Assembly (NCBI GenBank): GCA_036337435.1
Contig: JAYZEG010000072.1
Location: 1 to 36,625 of the forward strand
Length of the DNA: 36,625 nt
Direction of reading: 5' to 3'
Source: Myxococcota bacterium
GTDB lineage: Bacteria > Myxococcota_A > Bradymonadia > UBA7976 > UBA1532
In this document: positions 8,499 to 18,471 of the stretch, piece by piece
Numbering within the stretch: position 1 is the stretch's first letter
Layout: each line of letters opens with the position of its first letter
The notes under the pieces: model-generated
The model's input: the letters and a program-made list of their open reading frames with translations, nothing else
The model's database searches: none
What the model was told of the DNA's origin: nothing
Position numbers and translations under genes: made by a program

Positions 8499-10730
8499 AT
8501 GGTCACGACAGAATTTTCAGCATCTGACTTAATTGGCTCAGTAATCGATGGCCGGTTTGAGGTCATGGAGAAGCTTGGTGAGGGCGGGATGGGTGCCATC
8601 TATAAGGCCCGTCAGCTGTCGATGGAGCGAATGGTTGCCCTCAAGATCTTGCTTCGGAATCGCCGAGGGGATCCGATCTCGGTCGAGCGGTTTCGACATG
8701 AAGCCTACCTTGCATCTCGCCTACGACACCCGAATGCCGTCGTTATCTATGACTTTGGCAAATCCGATTCGGGCCTACTCTACATTGCGATGGAGCTGCT
8801 CGCCGGTCAAAACTTAAAGCAGCGTATGCGTCAGTCGGGTCCGATGGGGGTAACGAAGGCCGTTGGAATCTTGCGCCAGAATTTACGCCCTATCAGCCAG
8901 GCTCACCGGATGGGCTTGATTCATCGTGATTTGAAACCTGCAAATATTTTTCTGACAACCGTTGAAGGAAATTCTGACTTCGTTAAAGTTCTCGATTTCG
9001 GTGTGGCCAAGCTGACCGCCGTGCAAGATACCATCGAAGAAGGATATCAAGGCGGTTTGACGGTTGCGGGTAAGATTTACGGGACACCGAACTATATGAG
9101 TCCGGAGCAAATCCGTGGCAAGGAACTGAATAATCAGTCAGACCTCTATTCGCTGGGCGTCATTTTCTACGAAATGCTTTGTGGCAAACGGCCATTCGAA
9201 GCGGAAACACCCGTTGATGTCATGATGATGCACCTTCGGGACCAACCAGCCCGGCCATCAAGCTATCGTGGTGATTTACCCGATGGGCTCGAAGCGGTGG
9301 TTATGAAGGCATTAGCCAAAGACCGGGAGGTCCGCTTTAGCAGTGGTGAAGAGTTTCTAGAGGCACTCGAGCCTTTTCGAAGCGGGGTGTCCGCTGAACA
9401 CCCGGCATTTGGTTACGACAAACACGCATTGTCGGGAAGCGGACAGCAAGATGTCGTGGACGAGGAGCCGGTTCTGTCCGGACTAGATTTCTCGGTTGAC
9501 GGCTTTGACTCTATGCTAGACGACTTAAACGATGAAAAAACCGTCCTCGACACGGGCGAAGACAGTGTCGACTCAAAGACGAGTGCCCTGATCGATCACA
9601 ACGATGAAGACGAACGAACTGTTTTTGAGCAGTATGACCAGTTAGACTTAGGCTCATCTGTGGGCGATTCCAATGCACTCTCTCCGGAAACGAGTAGCGA
9701 TAGACTCGCTGCGGCACCACTGAGTGAGAAACAAACGGGGCAGAGAGCGTCTTCCGATATGTCCGTTTTGGAGCTCGGGTCTTCTGAATTCGAACATCTC
9801 GATCCATCTCGGTTGGTTGACATTCCCAAGATGAGTGAGCGGGTGAAGCCGGAGACGAGGGGCGGGAAGGCGCGTCCAACGATGATGGGCTTCCCGGGCG
9901 GTGGTAGTCCGAACATCGAGCAGAGTCATGCGGCCGCACCAATAGTAAACGATGAAAAGAAAGGGGGACGGCCGACGTTTCCGACATCGCGACCAGCGGT
10001 CAGTCACGAGCCCGTCCCGGTTGCTACGCCCGAACACCAGAGCCGTGAACCCCGGCAGAAAGCGGTGCCTAATCATGCTCAGGATGTAGGCGCCCTCAAA
10101 GACAAAAGCACGTTACCTGTTCAGTCAGAAATGAATGCCTCTAAACGAACTCGCACTGTATCTGCCGATAAAGGTGGGTCTCGTCCAGATGCAACCGCTT
10201 TTGCTTTGCCGAGTAAAGCCCGTTCCGCGCGTTCCAAAAAGACTAAATCAGCGCGATTCGGTCTATGGGCGGCTTGTGTCTTGATGCTCGCGGGAATTGG
10301 GGTGGGTTTGACCTTTTATGTCACGGACGACACAGCTCCGAAGAAAGCCGCCCCGAAGCCGAGTGTCACCGTATACGGGAGTTCAGAACTGGAAATTACC
10401 CTTAACGGTCTTTTTGTCGTTGGTGGTCAGAAAAGAGTGCTTGGAAAGGAAGCGGGCCCGCAAAAGTTAGGTGTGTCGTATCCAAAGAAAAAGGCATTAT
10501 TCGTCGATTTGGGCACGCTAACCCGCGAAACATCCGTTTACATCGAACTTGCGAGCCAGGATGGTGTCGACAAATTGGGGGTTGCTCGTATTGGTGACAA
10601 GGATTCCGTTGTGTCCGTCTCGGTCAAAGGGTCAAACGTAGGCACGACACCGGTTTTGTTTATTGGTGCACCGGGAACTCTCATCGAGGCTCAAGTAGGA
10701 GAAAGACAAGTTCAGGTGAAAATCCCGTAA
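8499..10730 (+). CDS. Membrane-anchored Hanks-type Ser/Thr protein kinase
   Basis: GEGGMGAIY, VALKIL, HRDLKPAN, DFG, GTPNYMSPE, DLYSLG; long acidic then Pro/Lys-rich linker; TM helix FGLWAACVLMLAGIGVGLTFYV; C-terminal beta-rich PEGA-like tail (VSVKGSNVGTTP). Confidence 0.95.
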   Translation: MVTTEFSASDLIGSVIDGRFEVMEKLGEGGMGAIYKARQLSMERMVALKILLRNRRGDPISVERFRHEAYLASRLRHPNAVVIYDFGKSDSGLLYIAMELLAGQNLKQRMRQSGPMGVTKAVGILRQNLRPISQAHRMGLIHRDLKPANIFLTTVEGNSDFVKVLDFGVAKLTAVQDTIEEGYQGGLTVAGKIYGTPNYMSPEQIRGKELNNQSDLYSLGVIFYEMLCGKRPFEAETPVDVMMMHLRDQPARPSSYRGDLPDGLEAVVMKALAKDREVRFSSGEEFLEALEPFRSGVSAEHPAFGYDKHALSGSGQQDVVDEEPVLSGLDFSVDGFDSMLDDLNDEKTVLDTGEDSVDSKTSALIDHNDEDERTVFEQYDQLDLGSSVGDSNALSPETSSDRLAAAPLSEKQTGQRASSDMSVLELGSSEFEHLDPSRLVDIPKMSERVKPETRGGKARPTMMGFPGGGSPNIEQSHAAAPIVNDEKKGGRPTFPTSRPAVSHEPVPVATPEHQSREPRQKAVPNHAQDVGALKDKSTLPVQSEMNASKRTRTVSADKGGSRPDATAFALPSKARSARSKKTKSARFGLWAACVLMLAGIGVGLTFYVTDDTAPKKAAPKPSVTVYGSSELEITLNGLFVVGGQKRVLGKEAGPQKLGVSYPKKKALFVDLGTLTRETSVYIELASQDGVDKLGVARIGDKDSVVSVSVKGSNVGTTPVLFIGAPGTLIEAQVGERQVQVKIP

Positions 10731-10839
10731 CAGCGTCGACGGACATTTATTCGCGCTGACGTTTGTGGTGTGTCTCGTCGGTTGAAGCGAGTCTTCGTTT
10801 TTGTTAAGCAGCACCTATCACGATTTGGACATTGGAAAT

Positions 10840-11301
10840 ATGCAACGGATCATTCACTTATTCATGCTCATCTGCACAACTGCTTTTGTCTTCGGAACGG
10901 CCCATGCCACCCCAGTCGACGACATTAGGACCATGTATAACGAAGCCATCGCGCTACAGGCGTCTGCGGCCAAAGCACGAGGCAAAAAAAAGCCAACGAT
11001 GTTGATTCGGGCAGCGAAGAAGCTTGCTCGTGCGTACTCGTTACTGGTGGCGAAAAAACTGAAAAACGATGCTCCAGATTTGCATAAAAAGCTTCAGGGG
11101 CAGCTCGATTTGATTGGGAAAACGCCTGAAATCATGGGAGCGATTAAGGAAACACGCACGGCGGCCTTGACTGCCAGTGCTGCAGGAAACTTAACAGCCG
11201 CCTATGATCTCTTTGCCAAACTGAGGGATCTTCAGCCACGAAATGAAACTGTGGAATACATCCTCGGCGTTATTGGTCAACGAATGGAGGCAAAGCGTTA
11301 G
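10840..11301 (+). CDS. Secreted all-helical hypothetical protein with a TPR-like C-terminus
   Basis: Signal peptide MQRIIHLFMLICTTAFVFGTAHA if started at ATG 10840 (in frame with the TTG at 10801); ends AAYDLFAKLRDLQPRNETVEYILG, which is TPR-like. Confidence 0.75.
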   Translation: MQRIIHLFMLICTTAFVFGTAHATPVDDIRTMYNEAIALQASAAKARGKKKPTMLIRAAKKLARAYSLLVAKKLKNDAPDLHKKLQGQLDLIGKTPEIMGAIKETRTAALTASAAGNLTAAYDLFAKLRDLQPRNETVEYILGVIGQRMEAKR

Positions 11302-11304
11302 CGT

Positions 11305-11736
11305 ATGCGAAGCTTTTTTTACGGCCTGCTGCTTGGTTCTACGACTCTTCTTTCGGTTGGTTGCGGCGCTGGCCCGATTTCAATTCGGGGCCGCGTTATC
11401 GATGTCAATGGGAGTCCCATCCAAAAGGCAGAGATAGCCACTCAGCCAGAAACCGATGTCGTGGTATCCAATTCGCGAGGTTTTTTTGTTTTACGACAGC
11501 GCATCACAGAACTGGGCGAGACCGAGCAAATAAAGGCGGGCCGTTACCGGGTAACCGTCCGCAAGTTTGGGTTTGAAGAGCTTCAGTTCGCAATCCGAGT
11601 TAAGGGTGGCAAGAACCGAATCAAAGACCTCGTCATGCGAGAGCGTAAGCCTGAGATTGAGGACACAGCGCCGGACGAAAGTATGGAAAAAAAAGTGCAA
11701 CCGGGAGAGACGTCCACACCTAAGCAGGGGGTTTAA
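11305..11736 (+). CDS. Small lipoprotein with a carboxypeptidase-regulatory-like domain
   Basis: Lipobox LSVG-C; IRGRVIDVNGSPIQKAEI...SNSRGFF...GRYRVTVRKFGF pattern. Confidence 0.82.
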   Translation: MRSFFYGLLLGSTTLLSVGCGAGPISIRGRVIDVNGSPIQKAEIATQPETDVVVSNSRGFFVLRQRITELGETEQIKAGRYRVTVRKFGFEELQFAIRVKGGKNRIKDLVMRERKPEIEDTAPDESMEKKVQPGETSTPKQGV

Positions 11737-13541
11737 TGAAACTCATTATATGGCTTGAAAAAACCAGGAAATCAGCATCGGTTGTTCTGTCATGCGTCTT
11801 GATGACATTCATCTTTATTGGATGCGAGGCCGACGCACCCGAGGCGACGACCGCAGAACTCATTCTGAATGTGAAGACGGTCGATACAGCTGGACAACCG
11901 GTGCAGAGTGTTCGGTTCTTTATCAATGGTCAGAAGTATGGAATCACATTCGAGGATGGCTTCGTTGGCAATGTTAAATACGTCGCCAAGATCGGTGAAA
12001 CGGTCACATTCGACGTTGAAGACCCGGACGGATATCGAGTGCCGCTGTCCGTCGACCGTAGTTTGTGGAAAGTGGCTGTAGCGTCTGCCAATCCTCCGCC
12101 AGTTGACTTTGAGGTGGTGTTTGAGCGCCCGGAACGCGAATTTGTTTTCTTGGTCAAGGTAGATGGTGGTCGACAGGCTGTTCTACTCGATGGAAAGACC
12201 ATCGGGGAGACGGATGGGTCAGGGGAAGCGATTCTGAAAGTGGACGGTTTTCCAAACCAGAAATTCAAGGCTACGGTGGGCTCTGTCGTCCTTTCTGGTG
12301 TCTTCACCGATGGTGCTGAGGTATATGTCCTCAGCGGGTCAAGTGTAGGGCCGGTGGGCAAAACGACGTCTGTGAAAGACGCGCCCGCAGCGCCCGAGGT
12401 CTCTGTGAAAAAAGAGCCTCAAACAGCAGTACCTGTCGTCAAAAACCGACGCTCCGCACGTCCGCCAAAGGCGATGGCGCAAACGGCGCGCCGCGTTCGC
12501 GAACCGGCTCGACAGGCCCGGACCCCACGTGTACGCGAACCAGTCCGAACGGCGCGTGAGAGAACGTCCTTTGTTGAACCGCGGGAACCGGTCCGACGTG
12601 AGCGACGGGCCCGCCCCGTAGTTGAGCCCAAACCAGCACCAGTACAGGTTGGTGGCGACTCAAAGCCAAAAGCAAAACCTCGAGATGAGGCGATTGAACA
12701 ACTCTTAGGGTCTAGTGAAGATGAGGATTTCCCACCAAGAACCGCTCCACCAGTTGATAATCGGTCCGCTAAGGTCGCTGCGGCCCCCGTCATTGAGTTA
12801 CCTGAGGATAAACCAAAAGTGGAAGCCAAGGTAGAACCAACCCGCTCCGCTGTGCGGGCTCAACCTGAACAAAACACCGGTGGTCTGATGTTGGACGATG
12901 GCGCAAAGGTTGAAGCGCGTCATGCCTCCACCAAAGTATCCGTTTCTGCTGATGAAAACGCTAAATCAGCTGGGATGGAAAAAGATCAGCTAAAAAGCCG
13001 GCTCGATGAAATCAAGGCGAAGATGCGTAGTAGCGGAGTCATGACTCGAAGCGATGCTCAATTTTTGAAATCGGTGAGCAGAAAGGCCAGTCGAAGTGCT
13101 TATTACGAGGCCAATCGGCTCTTGGGTAAATGGTACTTCAAACTTAAAGATTACAGACGTCAGGCGAACGCATTGGAGGAAGCGACAAGAGGGGGTCGTT
13201 ACAAGCAGGATCCGTTGGTTCTTTTGTCACTGGCGAAGGCATATGGCCGGATGGGCGCCTACTCACGCGCGGTTAGAACTATGCGCCGTGTGGAGAGAAA
13301 AGCACGTAAGCTCAGTAAAAAAGCGAAATCAGACGCTTACAAATTTCACGCAGAAATGCTCGAATTTAGTTTCCTTCGGCAGTACAATGATGACCCCAAG
13401 GAAGCCAATTACAACCTGTTAACTCGGGCACTTGCGCAATGGGAGAAGTTTCGCGACTTTGGTTATTCCGGGGCGGGCCGAGCGATTGCGAATAAGAAAA
13501 TCCAAAAACTCTCAAAGCTGAAACGTGAGTTGGAGTACTAG
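11736..13541 (+). CDS. Probable lipoprotein: N-terminal beta-sandwich/PEGA-like domains, Pro/Arg/Glu-rich linker, C-terminal TPR region
   Basis: Hydrophobic N-terminus ending FIG-C; VLLDGKTIGETD beta motif; low-complexity middle; TPR-like LLSLAKAYGRMGAYSRAVRTM. TAATG overlap with the upstream gene. Confidence 0.8.
   Translation: MKLIIWLEKTRKSASVVLSCVLMTFIFIGCEADAPEATTAELILNVKTVDTAGQPVQSVRFFINGQKYGITFEDGFVGNVKYVAKIGETVTFDVEDPDGYRVPLSVDRSLWKVAVASANPPPVDFEVVFERPEREFVFLVKVDGGRQAVLLDGKTIGETDGSGEAILKVDGFPNQKFKATVGSVVLSGVFTDGAEVYVLSGSSVGPVGKTTSVKDAPAAPEVSVKKEPQTAVPVVKNRRSARPPKAMAQTARRVREPARQARTPRVREPVRTARERTSFVEPREPVRRERRARPVVEPKPAPVQVGGDSKPKAKPRDEAIEQLLGSSEDEDFPPRTAPPVDNRSAKVAAAPVIELPEDKPKVEAKVEPTRSAVRAQPEQNTGGLMLDDGAKVEARHASTKVSVSADENAKSAGMEKDQLKSRLDEIKAKMRSSGVMTRSDAQFLKSVSRKASRSAYYEANRLLGKWYFKLKDYRRQANALEEATRGGRYKQDPLVLLSLAKAYGRMGAYSRAVRTMRRVERKARKLSKKAKSDAYKFHAEMLEFSFLRQYNDDPKEANYNLLTRALAQWEKFRDFGYSGAGRAIANKKIQKLSKLKRELEY
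12488..12610 (+). repeat. Short degenerate REP(A/V)R coding repeats in the linker of the 601-aa protein
   Basis: RVREPAR, RVREPVR, EPREPVR; the DNA motif CG(C/G)GAACC recurs three times. Confidence 0.6.
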
Positions 13542-15085
13542 TGATTAGGGCCACTTTGTTGCTTTTGCTCGCGTTTGGGTGCTCGAAGCGAACTGGCCAA
13601 GTGCCCTCTTCCGATGAAGGGGAATCGTTGGCCAACTCCGCAGAAAAAGCGGCAATCGACAACAGTTACATTGTCAACATCGCGAAATCGACCACGGCAT
13701 TGGAGACACTTGCAGCAAAGTCAGGTTGGGCCGATTATTTCACCGGTCGCTACGAGAGTGCCATCGAACAGTTTCAGGGTCGCATCGGTCAGTCACCAGA
13801 CGCTCGGTTTGGACTGGCGCGGGCTGCATTGGGTCTGGCCGCGGCCTTTCGTCGTGCCGACGGTTTACAAAAGCAGATAACCCCTATGATCATCAAGGCA
13901 CAGAAATCCAGGCCTGGTTCGTCCGCGATGAGCCTGTGGCATCGTTATGTACGAGCAAGAATTGATGGCCAAGTTAAAGGGGCTGAGGCTGACACACCAA
14001 ATTCGAACAATGAGTCCGCAAAGACGGTGGAGTTGTTGCTGAAAACCACGTCAACAGAACCATCCTCCCTGGAATTCGCACGAACCGCACTCTCGCTACT
14101 GGAAGATTCAGCGACGACGTCGGGTCTCACTCAAAACTTTAAGCATCGCCTAAAATTCCGGGTACGCTTGGGCAAGAAATTAGCCAAATCGACTCATAAA
14201 GCATGGTCACGATTAAAGTTCGGCAAACCAGACATCAGAGTCGTTGATGGCCAAAAGACTTTTGAACTCTGGGACCCGGGGCTAGGTGATTTGGGTCTCC
14301 GATACTACGCTCAAATGGCACTCGACGCATTGCCGTCTGATGATTTGTGCGCGGTCTACTACCGTGCTGAAGCACTTTCGTACCTAGATCGGCCTCAACA
14401 GGCTGTACAAGAACTTCGAGCAGCACTTGCCTCACCGGCAAAATCAGGGTCGCTCGCATGCTCGGTTCTATCAGAATTTCTCAATCGGAGTGAATTAATC
14501 CACTCGGCGAAAGTCCAGTTGACCATGGCACTGCTGGCGTCTGGTTCTCGCGAGGACGCCCAGGTTGAGTTCAGTAAACTCGAAGCGAACACATTGGCTC
14601 AGAAAATACGCATAACCCGAGTCCGAATCGCCTTCGGACAACCGATTTCTAAGGGGCTCGAATTCGATCGTGACGTCTACAAGCGGTTATTCAACGAACG
14701 GTTGGAATCGCTTGGAAACGGTGCTCAGGGGGTGGATGATGTTTCCGAATTGGCACTGGTTGCTCGCTACATTGACATTATCCAACGAAAATGGGCAGAT
14801 GCTCTTGCTGCGGCGGGCCAAACAGCGACGGCTGCGCGGATGCGGGCAGGGGCTCAAGACAAAACAAAGGCCTATGGGCGATCTGGTCGAAACTCAGTCG
14901 AGGTATTGATGGCATCTGCGTTAGATTATTTGCGGATCGGTCAGCCGCGGGTATCCCTTAAGTACCTGGCAAAGCTTAAAGGCTTGCAAGGGATCACACA
15001 TGGGCTAGCCGAACAGCTGAGGGACGTGTTAAGTTTTCGTGCGATGCTGACGAAAGACGGAAACACTGCAACAATTGGGCAGTGA
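13541..15085 (+). CDS. TPR-like helical lipoprotein
   Basis: Lipobox LAFG-C after LLLLL; TPR-like YFTGRYESAIEQF..DARFGLARA and YYRAEALSYLDRPQQAVQEL; TAGTG overlap with the upstream gene. Confidence 0.8.
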   Translation: MIRATLLLLLAFGCSKRTGQVPSSDEGESLANSAEKAAIDNSYIVNIAKSTTALETLAAKSGWADYFTGRYESAIEQFQGRIGQSPDARFGLARAALGLAAAFRRADGLQKQITPMIIKAQKSRPGSSAMSLWHRYVRARIDGQVKGAEADTPNSNNESAKTVELLLKTTSTEPSSLEFARTALSLLEDSATTSGLTQNFKHRLKFRVRLGKKLAKSTHKAWSRLKFGKPDIRVVDGQKTFELWDPGLGDLGLRYYAQMALDALPSDDLCAVYYRAEALSYLDRPQQAVQELRAALASPAKSGSLACSVLSEFLNRSELIHSAKVQLTMALLASGSREDAQVEFSKLEANTLAQKIRITRVRIAFGQPISKGLEFDRDVYKRLFNERLESLGNGAQGVDDVSELALVARYIDIIQRKWADALAAAGQTATAARMRAGAQDKTKAYGRSGRNSVEVLMASALDYLRIGQPRVSLKYLAKLKGLQGITHGLAEQLRDVLSFRAMLTKDGNTATIGQ

Positions 15086-15096
15086 GGAAAGGAACC

Positions 15097-16641
15097 ATGT
15101 TCGTAAAGAAGAACATTCAAACGGGTCTCGTTGGCCTCTTGCTTGTCTTAGCGACAACCAGCATTTCGCATGCTCAGGTCTTTGCCTACCCTGAAGACAC
15201 AAGGCCTAGCTCACTCTTGCCATTCTTTGCCGACGACATGAGTGCCGTGCGGATGGTCGAGCTCATCTTTGACGGCTTGGTTTTCAAAAACAAGCGTGGC
15301 GACTTTCAAGGTGCTCTTGCGAAAGATTGGACTGTAGATCCCGATAACCGTGGCATTCGATTTACGTTGCGCGAAGGGGTAAAATGGCACGATGGCCGGC
15401 CGTTTAGTGCCGAGGACGTCGTCTTTACTGTGAATGCTGCGAAAAACCCAAAGACGATCTTTACCGGCAGTGGGAAGTTTAATTTTATCGCGGCGGCGAA
15501 GGCGGAAGGGCGCAACCGAGTCTATTTCAGTTTTCGGCGGCCAGTCACGGACCCGCAGGCTCGATTTGTTTTTAAAATCATTCCAAAGCATAAATTCAAT
15601 GGCACGGCGATTAATCGTAGAGACGCATTTAGCCGCAAGCCTGTCGGTACCGGTCCCTACAGAGTTACGCGCTTTACGTTGAGGCAGATTACGCTGGAGG
15701 TGAATCAGGATTATTGGTCTCCAGCTCGCATTTCACGCGTCGTCATGCAGCACACTCCCGACAAAGCAGCTCAAGTCAATTTGCTTCAATACTCAGGTGG
15801 CAAAGCTGGTGTTCAGGCGGTTATTTTTCTACCCCCTAAGAATATTCCACTGTTTGAGAATAGTGATACGATCGCTCTTGAACCGTATCACACTGTAAGT
15901 TGGTGGTACGTCGCTTTCAATCACGAGAACAAAGCCTTAGGTGACCCGGTTGTCCGCAATGCGATCGTTACAGCCATCGATCGGGATGAATTACTACAGG
16001 CCAATTTAGGTCGTGGCGACATCCTCACAGGTCCATTCACCGAGGCGAGTCCCTTCTATGATTTTGACATCGAGATGCGCGAACCGGATTCGGAGCAGGC
16101 TTCGGAGATGCTGCAGAGGGCTGGTTACGTCATGAAAGACGGCGTTCGTACGAAAGGAAAGACCAAACTGTCTTTTCGTTTTGTGCTGGATAAAGAAATG
16201 CCCGAGCAGCAATCACTCTTCTTGGGTATTCAAGCACAGCTGAAGAAAGTGGGAATCAAAGTTGACCCACTCTATCTTGACCACGCTGCCTATAAGGAGA
16301 CAGTCTGGAAGAGAGAAAAATACGATTTAACCTTAAACGTGTGGTCGTTTGAGGAAGTTGAAGATGTTAGACCACTTTTTCATAGTTCGGGTTCCCTCAA
16401 CTTCATAAACTACAACAATCCCAAGGTTGACCAATTACTTGATGCTGCTCAGTCAGCTGCCGATTACAAGACCTACAAGCGACAGATGAAGGCCTTACAC
16501 GCCCTCGTCCACAAAGATTTGCCTTACATGTTTTTGTGGTCCCTCGATGTCTATTCGGGGATAAGTAAGCGCGTCCGCAAGGTTTTTATCGCTCCCTACT
16601 ACTACTTCACTACGTTTAGGGAGTGGGAGCTAAAACGTTGA
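15097..16641 (+). CDS. ABC transporter substrate-binding protein, family 5 (OppA/DppA/NikA-like)
   Basis: LIFDGLV..LAKDWTVD..FTLREGVKWHDGRPFSAEDVVFT signature, PVGTGPY, VRNAIVTAIDR; cleavable signal peptide ending SHA-Q (no lipobox); AAAGGA SD before ATG 15097. Confidence 0.93.
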   Translation: MFVKKNIQTGLVGLLLVLATTSISHAQVFAYPEDTRPSSLLPFFADDMSAVRMVELIFDGLVFKNKRGDFQGALAKDWTVDPDNRGIRFTLREGVKWHDGRPFSAEDVVFTVNAAKNPKTIFTGSGKFNFIAAAKAEGRNRVYFSFRRPVTDPQARFVFKIIPKHKFNGTAINRRDAFSRKPVGTGPYRVTRFTLRQITLEVNQDYWSPARISRVVMQHTPDKAAQVNLLQYSGGKAGVQAVIFLPPKNIPLFENSDTIALEPYHTVSWWYVAFNHENKALGDPVVRNAIVTAIDRDELLQANLGRGDILTGPFTEASPFYDFDIEMREPDSEQASEMLQRAGYVMKDGVRTKGKTKLSFRFVLDKEMPEQQSLFLGIQAQLKKVGIKVDPLYLDHAAYKETVWKREKYDLTLNVWSFEEVEDVRPLFHSSGSLNFINYNNPKVDQLLDAAQSAADYKTYKRQMKALHALVHKDLPYMFLWSLDVYSGISKRVRKVFIAPYYYFTTFREWELKR

Positions 16642-17615
16642 ATCGGCTCGTCGGATTCGCCGGCGTTGTGTCGAAGCGTATCTCAGGCGCAATAGCACTC
16701 TTGATCGGGGCCAGTTCGATTATCTACTTAACGGTGCGGATGGCCCCTGGGAATGCTGTCGACGCCATTACTCCGATGGGAACCCCAGACGACATTAAGC
16801 AGCAGTTAGCAGCCGATTTCGGACTCAACGAAGGGCCTGTGAAGGGTTATTTCTCGTGGCTGTCTCGAGCGTTCCAAGGAGACTTGGGTGACTCATTGGT
16901 GGTGGCCATGGGAAGTCGGGTGGTTGACGAAGCACTGCCAGCATATTGGATTACACTTCGGTTATCAGCCTTGGCTTTGCTATTTTGTTTGGCCGTTGCT
17001 TTTTTGGCTGCTCTAGCAACCAGCCATCACCAGAGGCGCAGTGGTTTAATGGCTGCTCCCATTTACGTCTTTACGACGATTCCTAGTTTTATAATGGCGG
17101 TCTTTCTCATTCACGGGATCAATTCATTTGTTCGATACAACATCTCACAAGATGTCATCTTTACCCTAGATTGGTACGCACTTGGTCAGCCATCAGATTC
17201 GATTGTTCCAACGCTTATCGGCGGTTTAGCGCTCGTTTTTAGCGATGGCCTCTTTGTGGATTATTTAAATGCCTTGCGTGCCGAGTTAACCAAACTGAAA
17301 ACATCCCAATTCATTATGTCTGTGAAGTCGAGAGGGGCATCGGTCTGGCCACACATCATACGAAATTTGTGGGTTCCTCTCGTCGCGGGGTACGCAGCTC
17401 GGCTGCCGCTGGTCTTGAGTAGCGTGGTCATCGTGGAGAAGATTTTTGGAATCGAGGGGGCAGGTTTTCTTCTCATTGAAGCTGCAAAAGTAAGAGATCT
17501 ACCCATGGTGGTCGGCGTGAGCCTCTTGTTCACGATGACAGTCATCATCGTTGATCTATTGGCGAGCCTCGTGCGTGTGGCGACCGATCCACGGGAGGTC
17601 GCGCGTGGTGCTTAA
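16638..17615 (+). CDS. ABC transporter permease (OppB/DppB-like)
   Basis: APGNAV..FGLN..YFSWL..QGDLGDS N-terminus, degenerate EAA loop, HIIRN, VIVEKIFGIEGAG, RDLPMV; TTG at 16638 with GGGAG SD and TTGA overlap. Confidence 0.9.
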   Translation: MNRLVGFAGVVSKRISGAIALLIGASSIIYLTVRMAPGNAVDAITPMGTPDDIKQQLAADFGLNEGPVKGYFSWLSRAFQGDLGDSLVVAMGSRVVDEALPAYWITLRLSALALLFCLAVAFLAALATSHHQRRSGLMAAPIYVFTTIPSFIMAVFLIHGINSFVRYNISQDVIFTLDWYALGQPSDSIVPTLIGGLALVFSDGLFVDYLNALRAELTKLKTSQFIMSVKSRGASVWPHIIRNLWVPLVAGYAARLPLVLSSVVIVEKIFGIEGAGFLLIEAAKVRDLPMVVGVSLLFTMTVIIVDLLASLVRVATDPREVARGA

Positions 17616-18471
17616 AGGACAGCTTGGCTTGTGGTCAAGCGGAACCATAGTTGGAATATTCTGCTTATTTGGTTTTATCGCGCCCTTGGTCGATTACAGC
17701 GCACAAGATGCAGTGAACCAACGGGAAAGACAGTTTTGCCCACCCGCATTTGTCGATGCGACGCCCGAACAGAGCCGTTCCTGCCCAAAGCCAACCGGTA
17801 GTTTTTTTGGTACCGACCACCTGGGCAGAGAAGTCGGTATACGGCTATTTAAAGGCATTCAGGCAGTTTTTTTCCCAGGGTGCCTCGCCGCTATTCTGGC
17901 GATCTTTATCGGTGGCTTGTTGGGGGCTGTCGGCGGTTATACACAGGGAGCTCTTAGAGCCATCACTCTTGGTTTGATACGAATCATAGACACATTGCCT
18001 AGAATGGTTTTCTTGATACTCGTTTGTACGATTTTTCGGCCCTCCATCACACTAATTGCTGTCGTCGCCGGGATATTGTCAATTCCGACTGTTGCAACCG
18101 TAGTGCGCGTGAAGGTCGAGCGTCTTGCGAGTGAGGACTACATATTGGCTCACATCGCCCATGGCTTCAGGCCGGTCAAAATTCTCTTGTACCATATTCT
18201 ATGGCTGCAATGCCGGTCGGTCTTGATCCGCCAAGCCAGTTTTATATTCGGTTACATCGTTTTCATCGAGGCTGCACTCTGTTACTTGGGCGACTATGGC
18301 GTCCAGGAGCCACAACCATCCTGGGGTAACATGATTGCTCAGGCGAAGAGTTATGCCCTTATGAGCACCTGGCCGTGGCTGTTCCCGTCCTTAGCCGTCA
18401 TGGTCACCATTGCGGCTTTCATGGCCTTCGGAAACGTGATCGCCAATCGTGACGAGGGTGCCAAAAGATGA
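17605..18471 (+). CDS. ABC transporter permease (OppC/DppC-like)
   Basis: FGTDHLGRE, EDYILAHIAHG (EAA loop), EAALCYLG, PQPSWGNMI, WPWLFP; GTG at 17605 or 17608 after GGGAGG. Confidence 0.9.
   Translation: MVLKGQLGLWSSGTIVGIFCLFGFIAPLVDYSAQDAVNQRERQFCPPAFVDATPEQSRSCPKPTGSFFGTDHLGREVGIRLFKGIQAVFFPGCLAAILAIFIGGLLGAVGGYTQGALRAITLGLIRIIDTLPRMVFLILVCTIFRPSITLIAVVAGILSIPTVATVVRVKVERLASEDYILAHIAHGFRPVKILLYHILWLQCRSVLIRQASFIFGYIVFIEAALCYLGDYGVQEPQPSWGNMIAQAKSYALMSTWPWLFPSLAVMVTIAAFMAFGNVIANRDEGAKR

Noticed and set aside
11700..15085. Similar C-terminal tails of two cluster lipoproteins (GETSTPKQGV and GNTATIGQ) as a shared sorting motif
   Set aside because: Too short and too weak to support without homologue alignments.
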